From Patescibacteria group bacterium (GTDB lineage: Bacteria; Patescibacteriota; Minisyncoccia; Phycocordibacterales; JACOZG01), in assembly GCA_038064435.1 (NCBI GenBank), contig JBBTTC010000004.1:3615-67614 (forward strand): a stretch of 64,000 nt of DNA, read 5' to 3'. The notes below the pieces were generated by a model. It made no database searches and was not told where the DNA came from. It worked only from the letters and a program-made list of their open reading frames with translations. How positions within the stretch are numbered: position 1 is the first letter of the stretch; the number at the start of each line of letters is the position of its first letter. This document shows positions 1-11,570 of this stretch, in pieces. The translations under genes and the position numbers were made by a program.

Positions 1-200
1 TTCTAATGATTTTGATTTGGCAAATGCTAGGTAAATAAAAAGGATTCCTGGTAGTGGTGAAATTAAACTACCGTAGTCGCACACGATGGAACCAAAACAA
101 TCTAGGTACGCACGGATTGACCCGACCGCAAACCATACTAAACCTAATATTAAGAAGCCCCATTTCATACCAAATCGTCACACATTGTAGCATAAAAAGA

Positions 201-230
201 ACCACCCCTGCCCGTAAAGGCAAGGGTGGT
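201..230 (-). terminator. GC-rich hairpin downstream of tRNA-Asp, probable terminator
   Basis: ACCACCCCTGCC...GGCAAGGGTGGT inverted repeat followed by TCTTTTT on the minus strand. Confidence 0.5.
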
Positions 231-301
231 GCTGTTAGTAACCCTAGTATACATGTGTCACGCAAAAAAACAATGGGGTGTGGGTAACTTGAGATTTAGT
301 G

Positions 302-375
302 CGCGGCCAACCGGACTTGAACCGGCAACCTCTCGCGTGACAGGCGAGTGCTCTAACCAGTTGAGCTATGGCCGC
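302..375 (-). tRNA. tRNA-Asp(GTC)
   Basis: Cloverleaf GCGGCCA...TGGCCGC-G; anticodon arm CTCGC-CTGTCAC-GCGAG; T-loop GGTTCAAGTCC; CCA not encoded. Confidence 0.95.
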
Positions 376-472
376 TTTCTTTGGACACAAAATATACTAC
401 TAGCAAATCAATGATAAATCCAGTGGCCGATTTCAGCTTGACTCCATTATACCATTGTATATACTTTGGTAT

Positions 473-751
473 ATGAATACTAAAACGATTCTAAATGTTA
501 AGACAGACAAAAAATTGAAGAAGGCGGCCCAGGAAACGGCCGAGGAGTTGGGCTTGCCCCTAAGTACGGCAGTTAATGCTTTCCTGAAGCAATTTGTCCG
601 AGAAAAGGAAATCCGCCTCTCGGCCGATAAATATCGCCCCACCGCCTATTTGGATAGGATTATTCGCGCGGCAGAAAACGAGTTTGCTCGCGGGCAAACC
701 AATGGCCCATTTACGAACAAAGAACTACTCGCCCACCTCAAGCGTTTGTAG
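473..751 (+). CDS. RelB/DinJ family antitoxin
   Basis: RHH-like N-terminus NVKTDKKLKKAAQETAEELGLPLSTAVNAFLKQFV; lies directly upstream of the toxin; start taken at ATG 473. Confidence 0.85.
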   Translation: MNTKTILNVKTDKKLKKAAQETAEELGLPLSTAVNAFLKQFVREKEIRLSADKYRPTAYLDRIIRAAENEFARGQTNGPFTNKELLAHLKRL

Positions 752-754
752 AAT

Positions 755-1015
755 ATGCGATATTTTTTGGCCAAAAGTTTCGAGAAGGAATTTAAAAAAT
801 TACCAGAAAAAATTAGGGCGCGGGCAATAAAACAGTTACAAATTTTCGTCCACAATCCGATGGATCCTCGCTTGTATAATCATGCTCTGTCTGGGCCGCT
901 AGCCAACCACCGAAGCATTAAGATTACTGGTGACATCCGCGCTCACTATGTATTAGTCGGCGAGGAAATTGTCAGATTCGTGGCCATCGGCCCCCACAGT
1001 AAACTATACAAATAA
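755..1015 (+). CDS. YafQ/RelE family mRNA interferase toxin
   Basis: 86 aa with NHALSG, ITGDIRAHY and C-terminal IGPHSKLY, typical of YafQ. Confidence 0.85.
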   Translation: MRYFLAKSFEKEFKKLPEKIRARAIKQLQIFVHNPMDPRLYNHALSGPLANHRSIKITGDIRAHYVLVGEEIVRFVAIGPHSKLYK

Positions 1016-1057
1016 ATCAACCAGGATTGTGAGGTCACACCTTTCGGAAAGGAACAT

Positions 1058-3004
1058 CTAATTGGGGCCGCAGGAGGAGCCAACGATGGAGCCGGTTATT
1101 TGTTTGGAATAGCCATCACTATCCACACACCAACTTTGATCATCAGCATCTGGCAATGGCGCAGAGACGGCAAAAGCACCGACCTTGCCCAAATTGTTAA
1201 CGGTAGAAACACAAGTGACTTTAGTAGCATCGCCGCCGCCGGCTCGCTGGAGAGAATCATAAATCGACTCGTCAGCAAATAATGTTTGTGCTTTGTTGCT
1301 GCATGGACCCAATGTAAACGGTTTTGTCCCATAACCACCTTTTTCCTCATAGACTAGTTCGGCCTGCGCCCTAATTGACGACAAGTGGGCCTTGGTGCTG
1401 GCTGCGGCTTGCTTGTCTCTGGCCGTATTGAAACCTAGCGCCTCGAGTATTTCGCTAACTGGCTTAGCACTGGCCGGCACTTCAACTATTACCGGCTGAT
1501 TAATGTCCGACAGGGTGGTTTTGAAGAGAAGATTCACCTGCTTGTCTTTGAGCTGGATAGCTGTGTCGGGCGGTACTAATCTGATCCGGTACTCGGACGC
1601 AACAGGAAAACCTTGCCCATCAACCCACAACGAGACAGCAGTATTCTGATCATAATAATCAAAAACCTTAGAAAATTCGCTACTGTTTAGATACTCAATC
1701 AATCCTTGATCGTCAAAACCAGACTGACGATAATCTGCGAGTTCGGGATCCTTGTCAATTTCAGCAACTAGCTTTTTATAAAAAGGCAGAAGTGCGTCTT
1801 TACGAATCTTAAGATCGTATCGGTACAAAGACTGATTATCAACCTTATCTTTATACGGGGGATTCTTGAGCACAAAGAGCCTTTCGCTGTCGGCCAAAGC
1901 CACAACTTTTTTGATCAAATGGACAGACTTTTCCCGGGCGCTTTTAAATTTTTCTTCTATTTCGGGCAATTCCGACACGAGGTCAGATAACTCATCACGC
2001 CCACCAATACTCGACAAGTCATTGGCCGAAACCTTGATCCACTGGCCCTTAACCGCCGAAAGGTCAAAGAAGAAAACGGATGGGAAATTGTTTAGTCTAA
2101 AATAATAATCTGAACCCTTCTTCAGCGCCTCCGCCCCCACCTTGTAAGTTAGATCGCCACCGGTATCACCATCGGCGGCAAAATTAAAACGCCAACTGGA
2201 TGGGGACGACTGGCCCCAATCAGCGGTAGCGCTAATGGCAACAGACCCGCTGATATCCGGTGGGATACGACTCGCGCTCTCGGTGAGTTGTGCCAAGAGT
2301 GGTTTTCCTGGCTCACTGGGTAGATAAAAATAACTATAACTATCTTTGGTAAAAGTAATTTGCTGGCCAGAGACAACCAAGCGTCTGTCTTCATATCCAT
2401 TGTCTTCATAATATCCATATCTTTCCGCGGCGCGACGAATGGTCAAAATCGATTGAGGCAGATCAAATGTCACCTTGAGACTAAAGTTCTTGCCCCCGTC
2501 AGTGACTTGATATTGATATGGCTGATGGGAAACAGGATCCTCAAAGTTGATTTTACGGCGACTGGTGGATAATTTATCTAGTGAAGTTGGATAAGGAGAC
2601 TTTGACTGCGCCAAGGCTGATAAAATGTCCGTAGCGTCTTTTGCCCGTTGAGCATCATTTTTGTACTTTTCCAACTGTTGTGTGTCGTTATATTCAATAG
2701 TAAACGGCTTGGCTCCAGTCTCTCGTACCGTCACATTGAGAGAACCAGATAAGGCATAGGTCAATGAATGAACTTCCGTCAGCTTGTCGGTCAATCCGGT
2801 AAATAAATTCCCCTCGTCGTAGGGTGGTTGGGAAAAAGGTCCAATCTTTTTTGCATAAGCGTAAGCCGCGCCCATAGCACCGAGCAAGATTATGACCAAA
2901 AAAATCAGCGGGATTAAGTGAGACTTTTTAGGCGAAGCTGGTACCACCAGAGTCGGCGGCACTGCTGGAATTGGGGTCACCGGCATAGTTTCCATACTCA
3001 ACAT
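1058..3004 (-). CDS. Membrane-anchored protein with pilin-like globular domains
   Basis: Single N-terminal TM; GspG-like segment (DAQRAKD...YPTSL...DP...YQY); C-terminal domain resembles the pilin head at 11571-12047. Confidence 0.7.
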   Translation of the reverse strand: MLSMETMPVTPIPAVPPTLVVPASPKKSHLIPLIFLVIILLGAMGAAYAYAKKIGPFSQPPYDEGNLFTGLTDKLTEVHSLTYALSGSLNVTVRETGAKPFTIEYNDTQQLEKYKNDAQRAKDATDILSALAQSKSPYPTSLDKLSTSRRKINFEDPVSHQPYQYQVTDGGKNFSLKVTFDLPQSILTIRRAAERYGYYEDNGYEDRRLVVSGQQITFTKDSYSYFYLPSEPGKPLLAQLTESASRIPPDISGSVAISATADWGQSSPSSWRFNFAADGDTGGDLTYKVGAEALKKGSDYYFRLNNFPSVFFFDLSAVKGQWIKVSANDLSSIGGRDELSDLVSELPEIEEKFKSAREKSVHLIKKVVALADSERLFVLKNPPYKDKVDNQSLYRYDLKIRKDALLPFYKKLVAEIDKDPELADYRQSGFDDQGLIEYLNSSEFSKVFDYYDQNTAVSLWVDGQGFPVASEYRIRLVPPDTAIQLKDKQVNLLFKTTLSDINQPVIVEVPASAKPVSEILEALGFNTARDKQAAASTKAHLSSIRAQAELVYEEKGGYGTKPFTLGPCSNKAQTLFADESIYDSLQRAGGGDATKVTCVSTVNNLGKVGAFAVSAPLPDADDQSWCVDSDGYSKQITGSIVGSSCGPN

Positions 3005-3049
3005 TAATTGTCCTATGGTTGAGTTTAATCAACAAGGGGATAAGTGTGA

Positions 3050-3123
3050 TGCCGGCGGGAGGAATCGAACCTCCGACCTTGGGCTTATGAGTCCCACGCT
3101 CTAGCCAACTGAGCTACACCGGC
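3050..3123 (-). tRNA. tRNA-Met(CAT), probably elongator
   Basis: GCCGGTG acceptor, anticodon loop CTCATAA, T-loop GGTTCGATTCC. Confidence 0.9.
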
Positions 3124-3132
3124 AAAATCTTG

Positions 3133-3203
3133 TTGCGGGGGCCGGAATTGCACCGGCGCCTAGAGGTTATGAGCCTCTCGAGTTACTGCTTCTCTACCCC
3201 GCG
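3133..3203 (-). tRNA. Initiator tRNA-fMet(CAT), atypical D- and T-loops
   Basis: CGCGGGG 5' end with C1:A72 mismatch; anticodon loop CTCATAA; T-loop TGCAATT. Confidence 0.85.
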
Positions 3204-3232
3204 CTGAAGCAGATTGTATTCTATCCCGAACG

Positions 3233-3805
3233 TCAAATATAATCAAATTCTCGAAAAACTTTTTCGTAGAGAGCAACAACGCGTTTGGCCTCACGCTCGG
3301 TGACCACCAAATTAACCTCGTGGGCAATGCGGTTGCGAAATTTATGGGCCTCCCAAGCATCGTCAAGAGTTAAAAAATCGCTCCGGTCAACAACCTTGAG
3401 CCGCTCGCCCAAATTCTCGCCAGAGTAACGCAGATTACGCAACAATTGATCCAGTAATTTATCGGCCTCAATAACCGCCAAGACCCAATCGCTCGGCTGA
3501 CGCGAGTCAATGTGGCGGCGCACCTGCTCCCATTGCCGATTGCGAAATTGTTTATCCTTAACACTCGACTCCAAAATATCAACGAAGTCCCTGATCTCGT
3601 TACGCCGCAAACGAAACAGTTTGACGCCCAAAACTAAAATACCAGCAGCAAACACCAGAGTTAAAAAAGATAAAATAATTTTAAACCAAAAAATCTCCCG
3701 CGATAAATCCGGCGTAGCCGCCGGCGCATTGATGAAAAACTCATAAAGTTTGAGGAAGAAAAACTCTAAGTTAATAAAGCCCGGATCGTAATTAGCCGTA
3801 ACCAT
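3233..3805 (-). CDS. Hypothetical membrane protein
   Basis: 190 aa, one TM, AVIEADKLLD and AWEAHKFRNRIAHE motifs; co-oriented with gatA. Confidence 0.7.
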   Translation of the reverse strand: MVTANYDPGFINLEFFFLKLYEFFINAPAATPDLSREIFWFKIILSFLTLVFAAGILVLGVKLFRLRRNEIRDFVDILESSVKDKQFRNRQWEQVRRHIDSRQPSDWVLAVIEADKLLDQLLRNLRYSGENLGERLKVVDRSDFLTLDDAWEAHKFRNRIAHEVNLVVTEREAKRVVALYEKVFREFDYI

Positions 3806-3811
3806 AAATCA

Positions 3812-5218
3812 TTAGTAACCCAAGCGCCGGCCGATGGTAAACAACCACTCCTCGGCTCCGGCCGGCGCGATTAATTGCAAACCGAGAGGTAAATTATTAA
3901 CTCGGCCCATGGGTAAAGAAATGGCTGGCACGCCAGCTAAATTGGCTGGCACAGTAAAAATGTCTTCCAAATACATCGCCACCGGATCAGTACTGCGCTC
4001 ACCCGGCCGAAAGGCTGGTCCGGTGGTCGTGGGTGTGGCAATAAAATCTACCTCTTCCAATACACGCTTAGTCTCGGCAGTAATAGCCGCCCGCACGCCC
4101 ACGGCCTTGGCGTAGTACGCCTCATAATAACCGGCCGACAAAACGTAGGTGCCAATCATAATGCGCCGGCGCGGTTCAGAACCAAAACCAGCACCACGGG
4201 TAACGGCATAATCATCCACCAGATCTTCGCCGGCTTGATAATAGCCGTAACGCACGCCATCGTAACGAGCTAAGTTGGTTGAAGCCTCGGCCGGCATGAT
4301 AATGTAGTAAACTGCCAGTGCCTGACGCCAATGTGGCAAATCGACGGTCACAATGTCGGCGTTAGCGTCACGGAGTTTGGCTAGGGCCTGCTCAAACTGC
4401 GCCGCCACCGCCGGATCCAGTCCCGACTCCAAAAAGGCATGCGGCACACCCACCTTTATTTTTTGGGGCAACGGTCGCGGCGGAGGATAATCTTGACTGG
4501 TGGAATCTAGCGGGTCACACCCCGCAATTGCGCCATACAAACTGGCAACACAATCTACTGTTCGTCCCAGCGGTCCAATTTGATCGAGAGACGAACCAAG
4601 TGCCATAAGACCACTGCGCGACACAGCGCCATAGGTTGTTTTAAGACCAATCACCCCACAAAAACTGGCTGGCTGACGAATAGAGCCACCAGTGTCGGAA
4701 CCCAATGCTGCCAAGGCCACACCAGCAGCCACAGCCGCGGCTGAACCGCCCGACGATCCGCCGGCCACCCGTTCGGGATCAAGCGGATTACGCACCCAAC
4801 CGTAGGCCGAATTTTCAGTAGAACTGCCCATAGCAAACTCATCCATGTTGGTTCGGCCAAGCAAGACGGCGCCGGCGCGGCGCAGACGGTCGATTGCCGT
4901 GGCATCATAACTGGCGCGATAGTTTTCTAAAATTCTTGACGCCGCGCCGGCGCTCCGACCTCGAATCAAAATGTTGTCTTTAATTGCCAGTGGGATACCG
5001 AGCAAAGGATTGGGATCATTGTTGGCCCGCAATTTCTCGTCAGCGCTCGCGGCTTGATCCAGAGCATCAGCAAAAACTTCACGATAAATATTTAGGCGCG
5101 GATTTTCTAATTTAGCTCGCTCCCAATAGGCCGAGACTAATTCCGTCGCCGTGTAATCGCCTCGGCGTAGAGCCAAGCCAGCACTGGCAATAGTTAGATG
5201 ATTATGATCGAGTTTCAT
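3812..5218 (-). CDS. gatA: Asp/Glu-tRNA amidotransferase subunit A
   Basis: Amidase signature GGSSGGSAAAV, GSDTGGSIRQPA and NLARYDGVRYG. Confidence 0.97.
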   Translation of the reverse strand: MKLDHNHLTIASAGLALRRGDYTATELVSAYWERAKLENPRLNIYREVFADALDQAASADEKLRANNDPNPLLGIPLAIKDNILIRGRSAGAASRILENYRASYDATAIDRLRRAGAVLLGRTNMDEFAMGSSTENSAYGWVRNPLDPERVAGGSSGGSAAAVAAGVALAALGSDTGGSIRQPASFCGVIGLKTTYGAVSRSGLMALGSSLDQIGPLGRTVDCVASLYGAIAGCDPLDSTSQDYPPPRPLPQKIKVGVPHAFLESGLDPAVAAQFEQALAKLRDANADIVTVDLPHWRQALAVYYIIMPAEASTNLARYDGVRYGYYQAGEDLVDDYAVTRGAGFGSEPRRRIMIGTYVLSAGYYEAYYAKAVGVRAAITAETKRVLEEVDFIATPTTTGPAFRPGERSTDPVAMYLEDIFTVPANLAGVPAISLPMGRVNNLPLGLQLIAPAGAEEWLFTIGRRLGY

Positions 5219-5522
5219 TCTTGATCTTACCGATCAATACTGGTTTAACAGCAATCTGGCCAGCGCGCGAGCGCGGCGCGGCGGCGACGAGTTCCTCGTC
5301 GCCAGCCGCGGCTGGCACCGCCGGGCCGGCCAAGTCATCATCACGCCAAACATTCTTTAGTCGCAAATCGATGCTAGTTCCAGACTCCACGCTGATCGCC
5401 TTGAGTTGATCAACGTAGTCAAGAACAGCGCCGAGATCTTTTTGCCAAGCGACTTTGCCATCGTCAGTTACCCGCAAGCGTGACAATACCACCAACTTTT
5501 TAATGTCATCCGACGAAATCAT
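5202..5522 (-). CDS. gatC: Asp/Glu-tRNA amidotransferase subunit C
   Basis: Short ORF before gatA with LSRL...LDYVDQL...NVWRDD. Confidence 0.9.
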   Translation of the reverse strand: MISSDDIKKLVVLSRLRVTDDGKVAWQKDLGAVLDYVDQLKAISVESGTSIDLRLKNVWRDDDLAGPAVPAAAGDEELVAAAPRSRAGQIAVKPVLIGKIKNETRS

Positions 5523-5537
5523 ACGAGCATCTTAGCA

Positions 5538-7556
<2,019 letters not shown>

Positions 7557-7561
7557 TTATT

Positions 7562-8098
7562 CTAATAGTAGTCGTTATAGTCAACCAGCAAACTGCGCTC
7601 GGTGCGTCGCGGATTGCTAGACACGCAACCGCTACCCGAGCCTATATTGTAACCGCTAGCCTCAATCAAGGTATCTGTCTGATCAGGATCCGCTGGTATT
7701 CTCTTGGTAACCTTCACGTCAACACAGGCACCATTATCTAATGCCAAACTGAATTGGGAAACTTGATTGCTAGGATGAGAAATAGTGAATACATTACTCA
7801 AACAAGAAGGGCCGGGGCCGCTGGCAGAAGCAAAAGAATCATTATTATTGCCAATCATAGCGCCAAAAACTTTGGGAGCAGAACCCGGATCAACGTAGGG
7901 ATAAACGTTGTCCCAATAGTGGGCGCACTCCAAACCAGTGAGCGCCGCATAATATGATTTGAGCGACTCGCGGGCTGTGGTGGAGATCAAAATTTGCTTG
8001 TAAGTGATGTTGAAGAGACTCAAACTAACGGTCAAGACAATGCTTACCAACAGTACGGCGTAGAAGAGTACGAATCCTTGGCTAAAATATTTTCTCAT
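7562..8098 (-). CDS. PilX-like minor pilin
   Basis: G|FVLFYAVLL cleavage-like site without E5; YYAALTGLECA motif. Confidence 0.75.
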   Translation of the reverse strand: MRKYFSQGFVLFYAVLLVSIVLTVSLSLFNITYKQILISTTARESLKSYYAALTGLECAHYWDNVYPYVDPGSAPKVFGAMIGNNNDSFASASGPGPSCLSNVFTISHPSNQVSQFSLALDNGACVDVKVTKRIPADPDQTDTLIEASGYNIGSGSGCVSSNPRRTERSLLVDYNDYY

Positions 8099-8102
8099 TT
8101 CA

Positions 8103-8711
8103 TCAATTGCTGGTCTTAAACAAATTTTGCACTAGGGTAACCGACTGAGATTGACCGCGATCGATCCAGTCAACGGTCGATGTAACTTTAAGCTCCTTGC
8201 CGGCAACAACTTCCTCAATCGTAAGCGTTCGGAAATATAAAAATCCAGACCAATAACCACCGCCGGCCGGATCGCCAAGAAACGACACGCACTCTACAAA
8301 GTCCACCGCTTGATTACAAATTTCATAATTATGATAAATATTATCGCCCAAATAAAGCCTTAGTGCTCTTATGGGATCACTTGGGCTAGGCAAGGGGGCA
8401 ATATTTATTTGCGACCCGCCATTTGCGGTCGTAACATCCACATAACAACCATTAGTAAAACAGGCGTTTAGTTTATTGTCCCAATCCGTGCCAGAACCTA
8501 ACGCTTGATTGAAATTACGTTGATTGATCACCGCCTCGAGAGCCTCTTGAGCCAAATAAGAACCGATAAGATAATTTTGCGCGTATCGCCCATCGCTAAT
8601 GCCGCGTGAGGCCATGGCCAAGGGGCCCAACACGCCAATGACCAAAATGGTGATGGCCACCAGCATCTCGACAAGAGTAAACCCGCGTTTGTGTTTAAAA
8701 AAATGATTCAT
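8103..8711 (-). CDS. Minor type IV pilin (PilV-like)
   Basis: KRG|FTLVEMLV class III signal peptide. Confidence 0.88.
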   Translation of the reverse strand: MNHFFKHKRGFTLVEMLVAITILVIGVLGPLAMASRGISDGRYAQNYLIGSYLAQEALEAVINQRNFNQALGSGTDWDNKLNACFTNGCYVDVTTANGGSQINIAPLPSPSDPIRALRLYLGDNIYHNYEICNQAVDFVECVSFLGDPAGGGYWSGFLYFRTLTIEEVVAGKELKVTSTVDWIDRGQSQSVTLVQNLFKTSN

Positions 8712-8713
8712 GT

Positions 8714-9325
8714 TTAATCAGAAATGGTGGTTTGCAATGTAAATTCAACCGGGTTACGCGGATCAACCACTCGCGCACTAAGCACCACTGACACCCGCGG
8801 GGCGGCTGGCTCGGTCGTTGGTAAATCAGGATGATCTTGATTACCATCCACATAAAATCGCAAGTCGGTGACTTCAACGCTCGGCAACGTAATTTGATTG
8901 GTTAGTGTATTTAAATTAATCGACCCACCGCTCGTTTCATCTGCAAATTTTATTGAGCCGGGAATTTCGCCGCTGGTGGGACGAAAAGCATAGAGAGCAT
9001 ACTGGCCGCTACTATCTTTAAGCAATAAACCTTCGCCGCCGTTACTGTCATCGCCAAAACCACAATTCTTATTACTAGCAGTGCCAATATTAATAGAGCC
9101 ACTGGCTTGATTAATGCAATGGCGTGTCTCAAAATATTTAATATTGTAAGCCATGTTTTCCAAGACGAAATGCAAATTGTCAGTCACCAATTTAATAGCC
9201 TGCACGCGCCGATTAACACGATTGGCCGTGAGCACCGCCCCAGTGGCTACCAAAGCCACCATCGAGAAAATCGTCACCGCCACCATGATCTCGATTAATG
9301 TAAAGCCGCGTTTGGTCATGAACAA
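8714..9325 (-). CDS. Minor type IV pilin (PilW-like)
   Basis: KRG|FTLIEIMV class III signal peptide. Confidence 0.88.
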   Translation of the reverse strand: MFMTKRGFTLIEIMVAVTIFSMVALVATGAVLTANRVNRRVQAIKLVTDNLHFVLENMAYNIKYFETRHCINQASGSINIGTASNKNCGFGDDSNGGEGLLLKDSSGQYALYAFRPTSGEIPGSIKFADETSGGSINLNTLTNQITLPSVEVTDLRFYVDGNQDHPDLPTTEPAAPRVSVVLSARVVDPRNPVEFTLQTTISD

Positions 9326-9948
9326 GTATAACCGTTAACCGTACCGGAGAACGGCTCGGCCAAAATTTGACCAGTAGAGACGACCCTAACGATCTGGCAA
9401 CGCTGTTGCTTGTCGCGGAGGGAATTTAAAACAATACCAATCTGGGTATACCCGGCACCCCCACCCAAGGTACCACCAGTGTTGTTGGTAAAAACAGCGT
9501 CAAGCTTGGGGCGGACAAACAAAACATTAAATGCCGACAACGGAGTGGCAAGATCACAACCAGACGAACAGTTGAGTCTAGCCAAAATGTTGACTCCGCC
9601 CGGCAGATTATAAGTTTCTATGCATTCAGTATTGCCGGAACCACAGCCAGAACCAACATCATAATAATTATTTTCAGTGGGTACGAAATCAGCGTACAAA
9701 ATTAAACTATTTGCACCGCCAAAATAAATCCCGTGGGAAGGAAATTTGCCAGCGAAGGACCGAGTGCCGACGCCGTAACTTTGTGCCTGACGAATAGTGA
9801 CGGCAATCTCCTGTGCTACCAACTCCAAAATAGTTTTGTCGCGGAAGCTTGGCAGATCAGCGATCACCACACTAGTGATGACGGTAAAAATACCGAGCAC
9901 CACCAACATCTCAATGAGCGAAAAACCGCGTTTAAAAGAAAAAAACAT
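9316..9948 (-). CDS. Minor type IV pilin (FimT/FimU-like)
   Basis: KRG|FSLIEMLV class III signal peptide. Confidence 0.88.
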   Translation of the reverse strand: MFFSFKRGFSLIEMLVVLGIFTVITSVVIADLPSFRDKTILELVAQEIAVTIRQAQSYGVGTRSFAGKFPSHGIYFGGANSLILYADFVPTENNYYDVGSGCGSGNTECIETYNLPGGVNILARLNCSSGCDLATPLSAFNVLFVRPKLDAVFTNNTGGTLGGGAGYTQIGIVLNSLRDKQQRCQIVRVVSTGQILAEPFSGTVNGYTCS

Positions 9949-10681
9949 TTAGATTGAAAAAAAAGTTGAGGGCAAAACCGAGCGCCAAGAAAGGCGCAAA
10001 CGGCACCTCCGCCTTAATTGTAGAATATCGTCCCACAGCGAGCAATGCCAAGCCCACACCAGCCCCGCTCCAAAACGACCAAACCATGGCACCTAAGGCG
10101 CCCGGCCAACCAAGAAGAAAGCCGAGGGCGAGGGCGAGTTTGGCGTCGCCCAAACCAAGCCAACGGCCGCGCGAACCCGCCCACAACAGAGCAAAAAATC
10201 CGGCCCAGCCAGCGCCGGTGGCCAAATACCACCAGCGATCGGGTTGAACTAGAGCATAAATTAAGGCTAGAGCGATAAGTAAATACACCGGCCCATCGGG
10301 AATAATTTGGTGCCGCCAATCATAGACTACGATCACAACGATCAAACTCATTACCAACCACCAAAGCAACCACCACCAATTAACTCCGGCCGGGCCGGCC
10401 GGAAATTTGCTGGCCACGGCGGCAAAGAGCGCCGCCGTGGCCAGCTCCACCAGCGGGTACTGCCAAGAAATTTTAGCGCGGCAGTAACGGCAACGGCCGC
10501 CCAAAAACAAAAAACTGAAAAGTGGTACCAGATCATACCAGGCGAGTTGCTGGCCGCAGGCCAAGCACAGCGATCGGCCGGCCACCGTGCGCCCGGTATT
10601 AAGTCGGTAAACAACAACATTCAAAAAACTGCCAACAATCAAGCCAAGGATAAACGTAAATACCAAAGTCAATTCCACCAC
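9932..10681 (-). CDS. pilD: Prepilin peptidase (A24)
   Basis: GSFLNVV, two CxxC pairs, GLGDAKL, PFAPFL. Confidence 0.95.
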   Translation of the reverse strand: MVELTLVFTFILGLIVGSFLNVVVYRLNTGRTVAGRSLCLACGQQLAWYDLVPLFSFLFLGGRCRYCRAKISWQYPLVELATAALFAAVASKFPAGPAGVNWWWLLWWLVMSLIVVIVVYDWRHQIIPDGPVYLLIALALIYALVQPDRWWYLATGAGWAGFFALLWAGSRGRWLGLGDAKLALALGFLLGWPGALGAMVWSFWSGAGVGLALLAVGRYSTIKAEVPFAPFLALGFALNFFFNLNVFFF

Positions 10682-10713
10682 CCCCTCATTCTATCGCTTG
10701 CCAGCGCTAATCT

Positions 10714-10740
10714 CACTGTCAAGGACGATCCTTGACAGTG
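10714..10740. repeat. REP-like palindrome, copy 1
   Basis: CACTGTCAAGGA-CGA-TCCTTGACAGTG perfect 12-bp hairpin overlapping the RAYT stop codon. Confidence 0.9.
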
Positions 10741-11405
10741 GAATACTCGATCCAATCGGAAACGAATTCCTGAAACTCATGCGCTTGATTAAAGTAATCT
10801 GGAAAATTTTTGTTGCCCGACAAGATTGAATCCGATGGTCGGGGCCTATCTCTATAGTAGGCGTAACTTGAATATTCATATTTATCAAGAAACTGTTGAG
10901 CAAATCTGGCGTCAATTATTATCTTGCTCTCCCAATTATGCGGATCAACTGTTTTCACGGGATTAAGATGAATATACGCAAAAAGATATTTAAGATACTC
11001 GTTATTATCAATATGGCTAGCTTTAAAAGTACCCTCGAACAAACTACCGCTTCGATTCTGCTTTTTATTGAAGTACATCGAGTATCCAGTTAAAAGCTTT
11101 TTCATAAAAATTGTCACACCATTATCGTCTTTTGCCCTTACCAATAAATGAAAATGATTGGGCATTAAACAGTAGGCCCCAATATCAACCATTTTTTCGC
11201 CGAACGATCTTGACCACAGATGGCTAATTGTCAAGGACGATCCTTGCCAGTCGCTGAGATGCACTGTTTGACGAAAATTTGCCACATGAAGCAAAACAAG
11301 AAAGCGAAGGTAGTCGCCATGGCCTAAAAATATTTGCCGACGATCGGTACCGCGATTGTAGAGATGATAATACTGGTCAGTAGCAAAAGCTGTTTTTCTT
11401 TGCAC
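10719..11405 (-). mobile_element. REP-associated tyrosine transposase (RAYT, Y1/IS200-like HUH)
   Basis: YHLYNRG, MPNHFHLL (HUH), YIHLNP and YEYSSY motifs; flanked by identical hairpins. Confidence 0.9.
11229..11251. repeat. REP-like palindrome, copy 2 (inside the RAYT coding sequence)
   Basis: TGTCAAGGACGATCCTTGCCAGT, translated as WQGSSLT. Confidence 0.85.
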
Positions 11406-11437
11406 AAAATAATTTTAACACCTCCCTATCGATAAGT

Positions 11438-11464
11438 CACTGTCAAGGACGATCCTTGACAGTG
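11438..11464. repeat. REP-like palindrome, copy 3
   Basis: Identical 27-mer to copy 1. Confidence 0.9.
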
Positions 11465-11475
11465 GGCGCAGGAAA

Positions 11476-11501
11476 ACAAAAACCCCGTGAGGGGTTTTTG
11501 T
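11476..11501 (-). terminator. Intrinsic terminator of the pilin gene (bidirectional)
   Basis: ACAAAAACCCC-GTGA-GGGGTTTTTGT. Confidence 0.85.
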
Positions 11502-11534
11502 GGCTGTGTCAGGACAGTGCGCTCGTGTGTCCGA

Positions 11535-11553
11535 AAGGACGGTCCTTGACAGT
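11535..11553. repeat. REP-like palindrome, copy 4 (degenerate)
   Basis: AAGGACGGTCCTTGACAGT. Confidence 0.7.
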
Positions 11554-11570
11554 CAACGGCTAGGATAGTT

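Noticed and set aside
54-414. Short ORFs at the window start
   Set aside because: No recognisable motifs; they overlap a hairpin and tRNA-Asp.
10714-11553. Repeated 27-bp palindromes as a CRISPR array
   Set aside because: Spacing is irregular (about 100-500 bp), one copy lies in a CDS, there are no cas genes, and the adjacent RAYT explains them.
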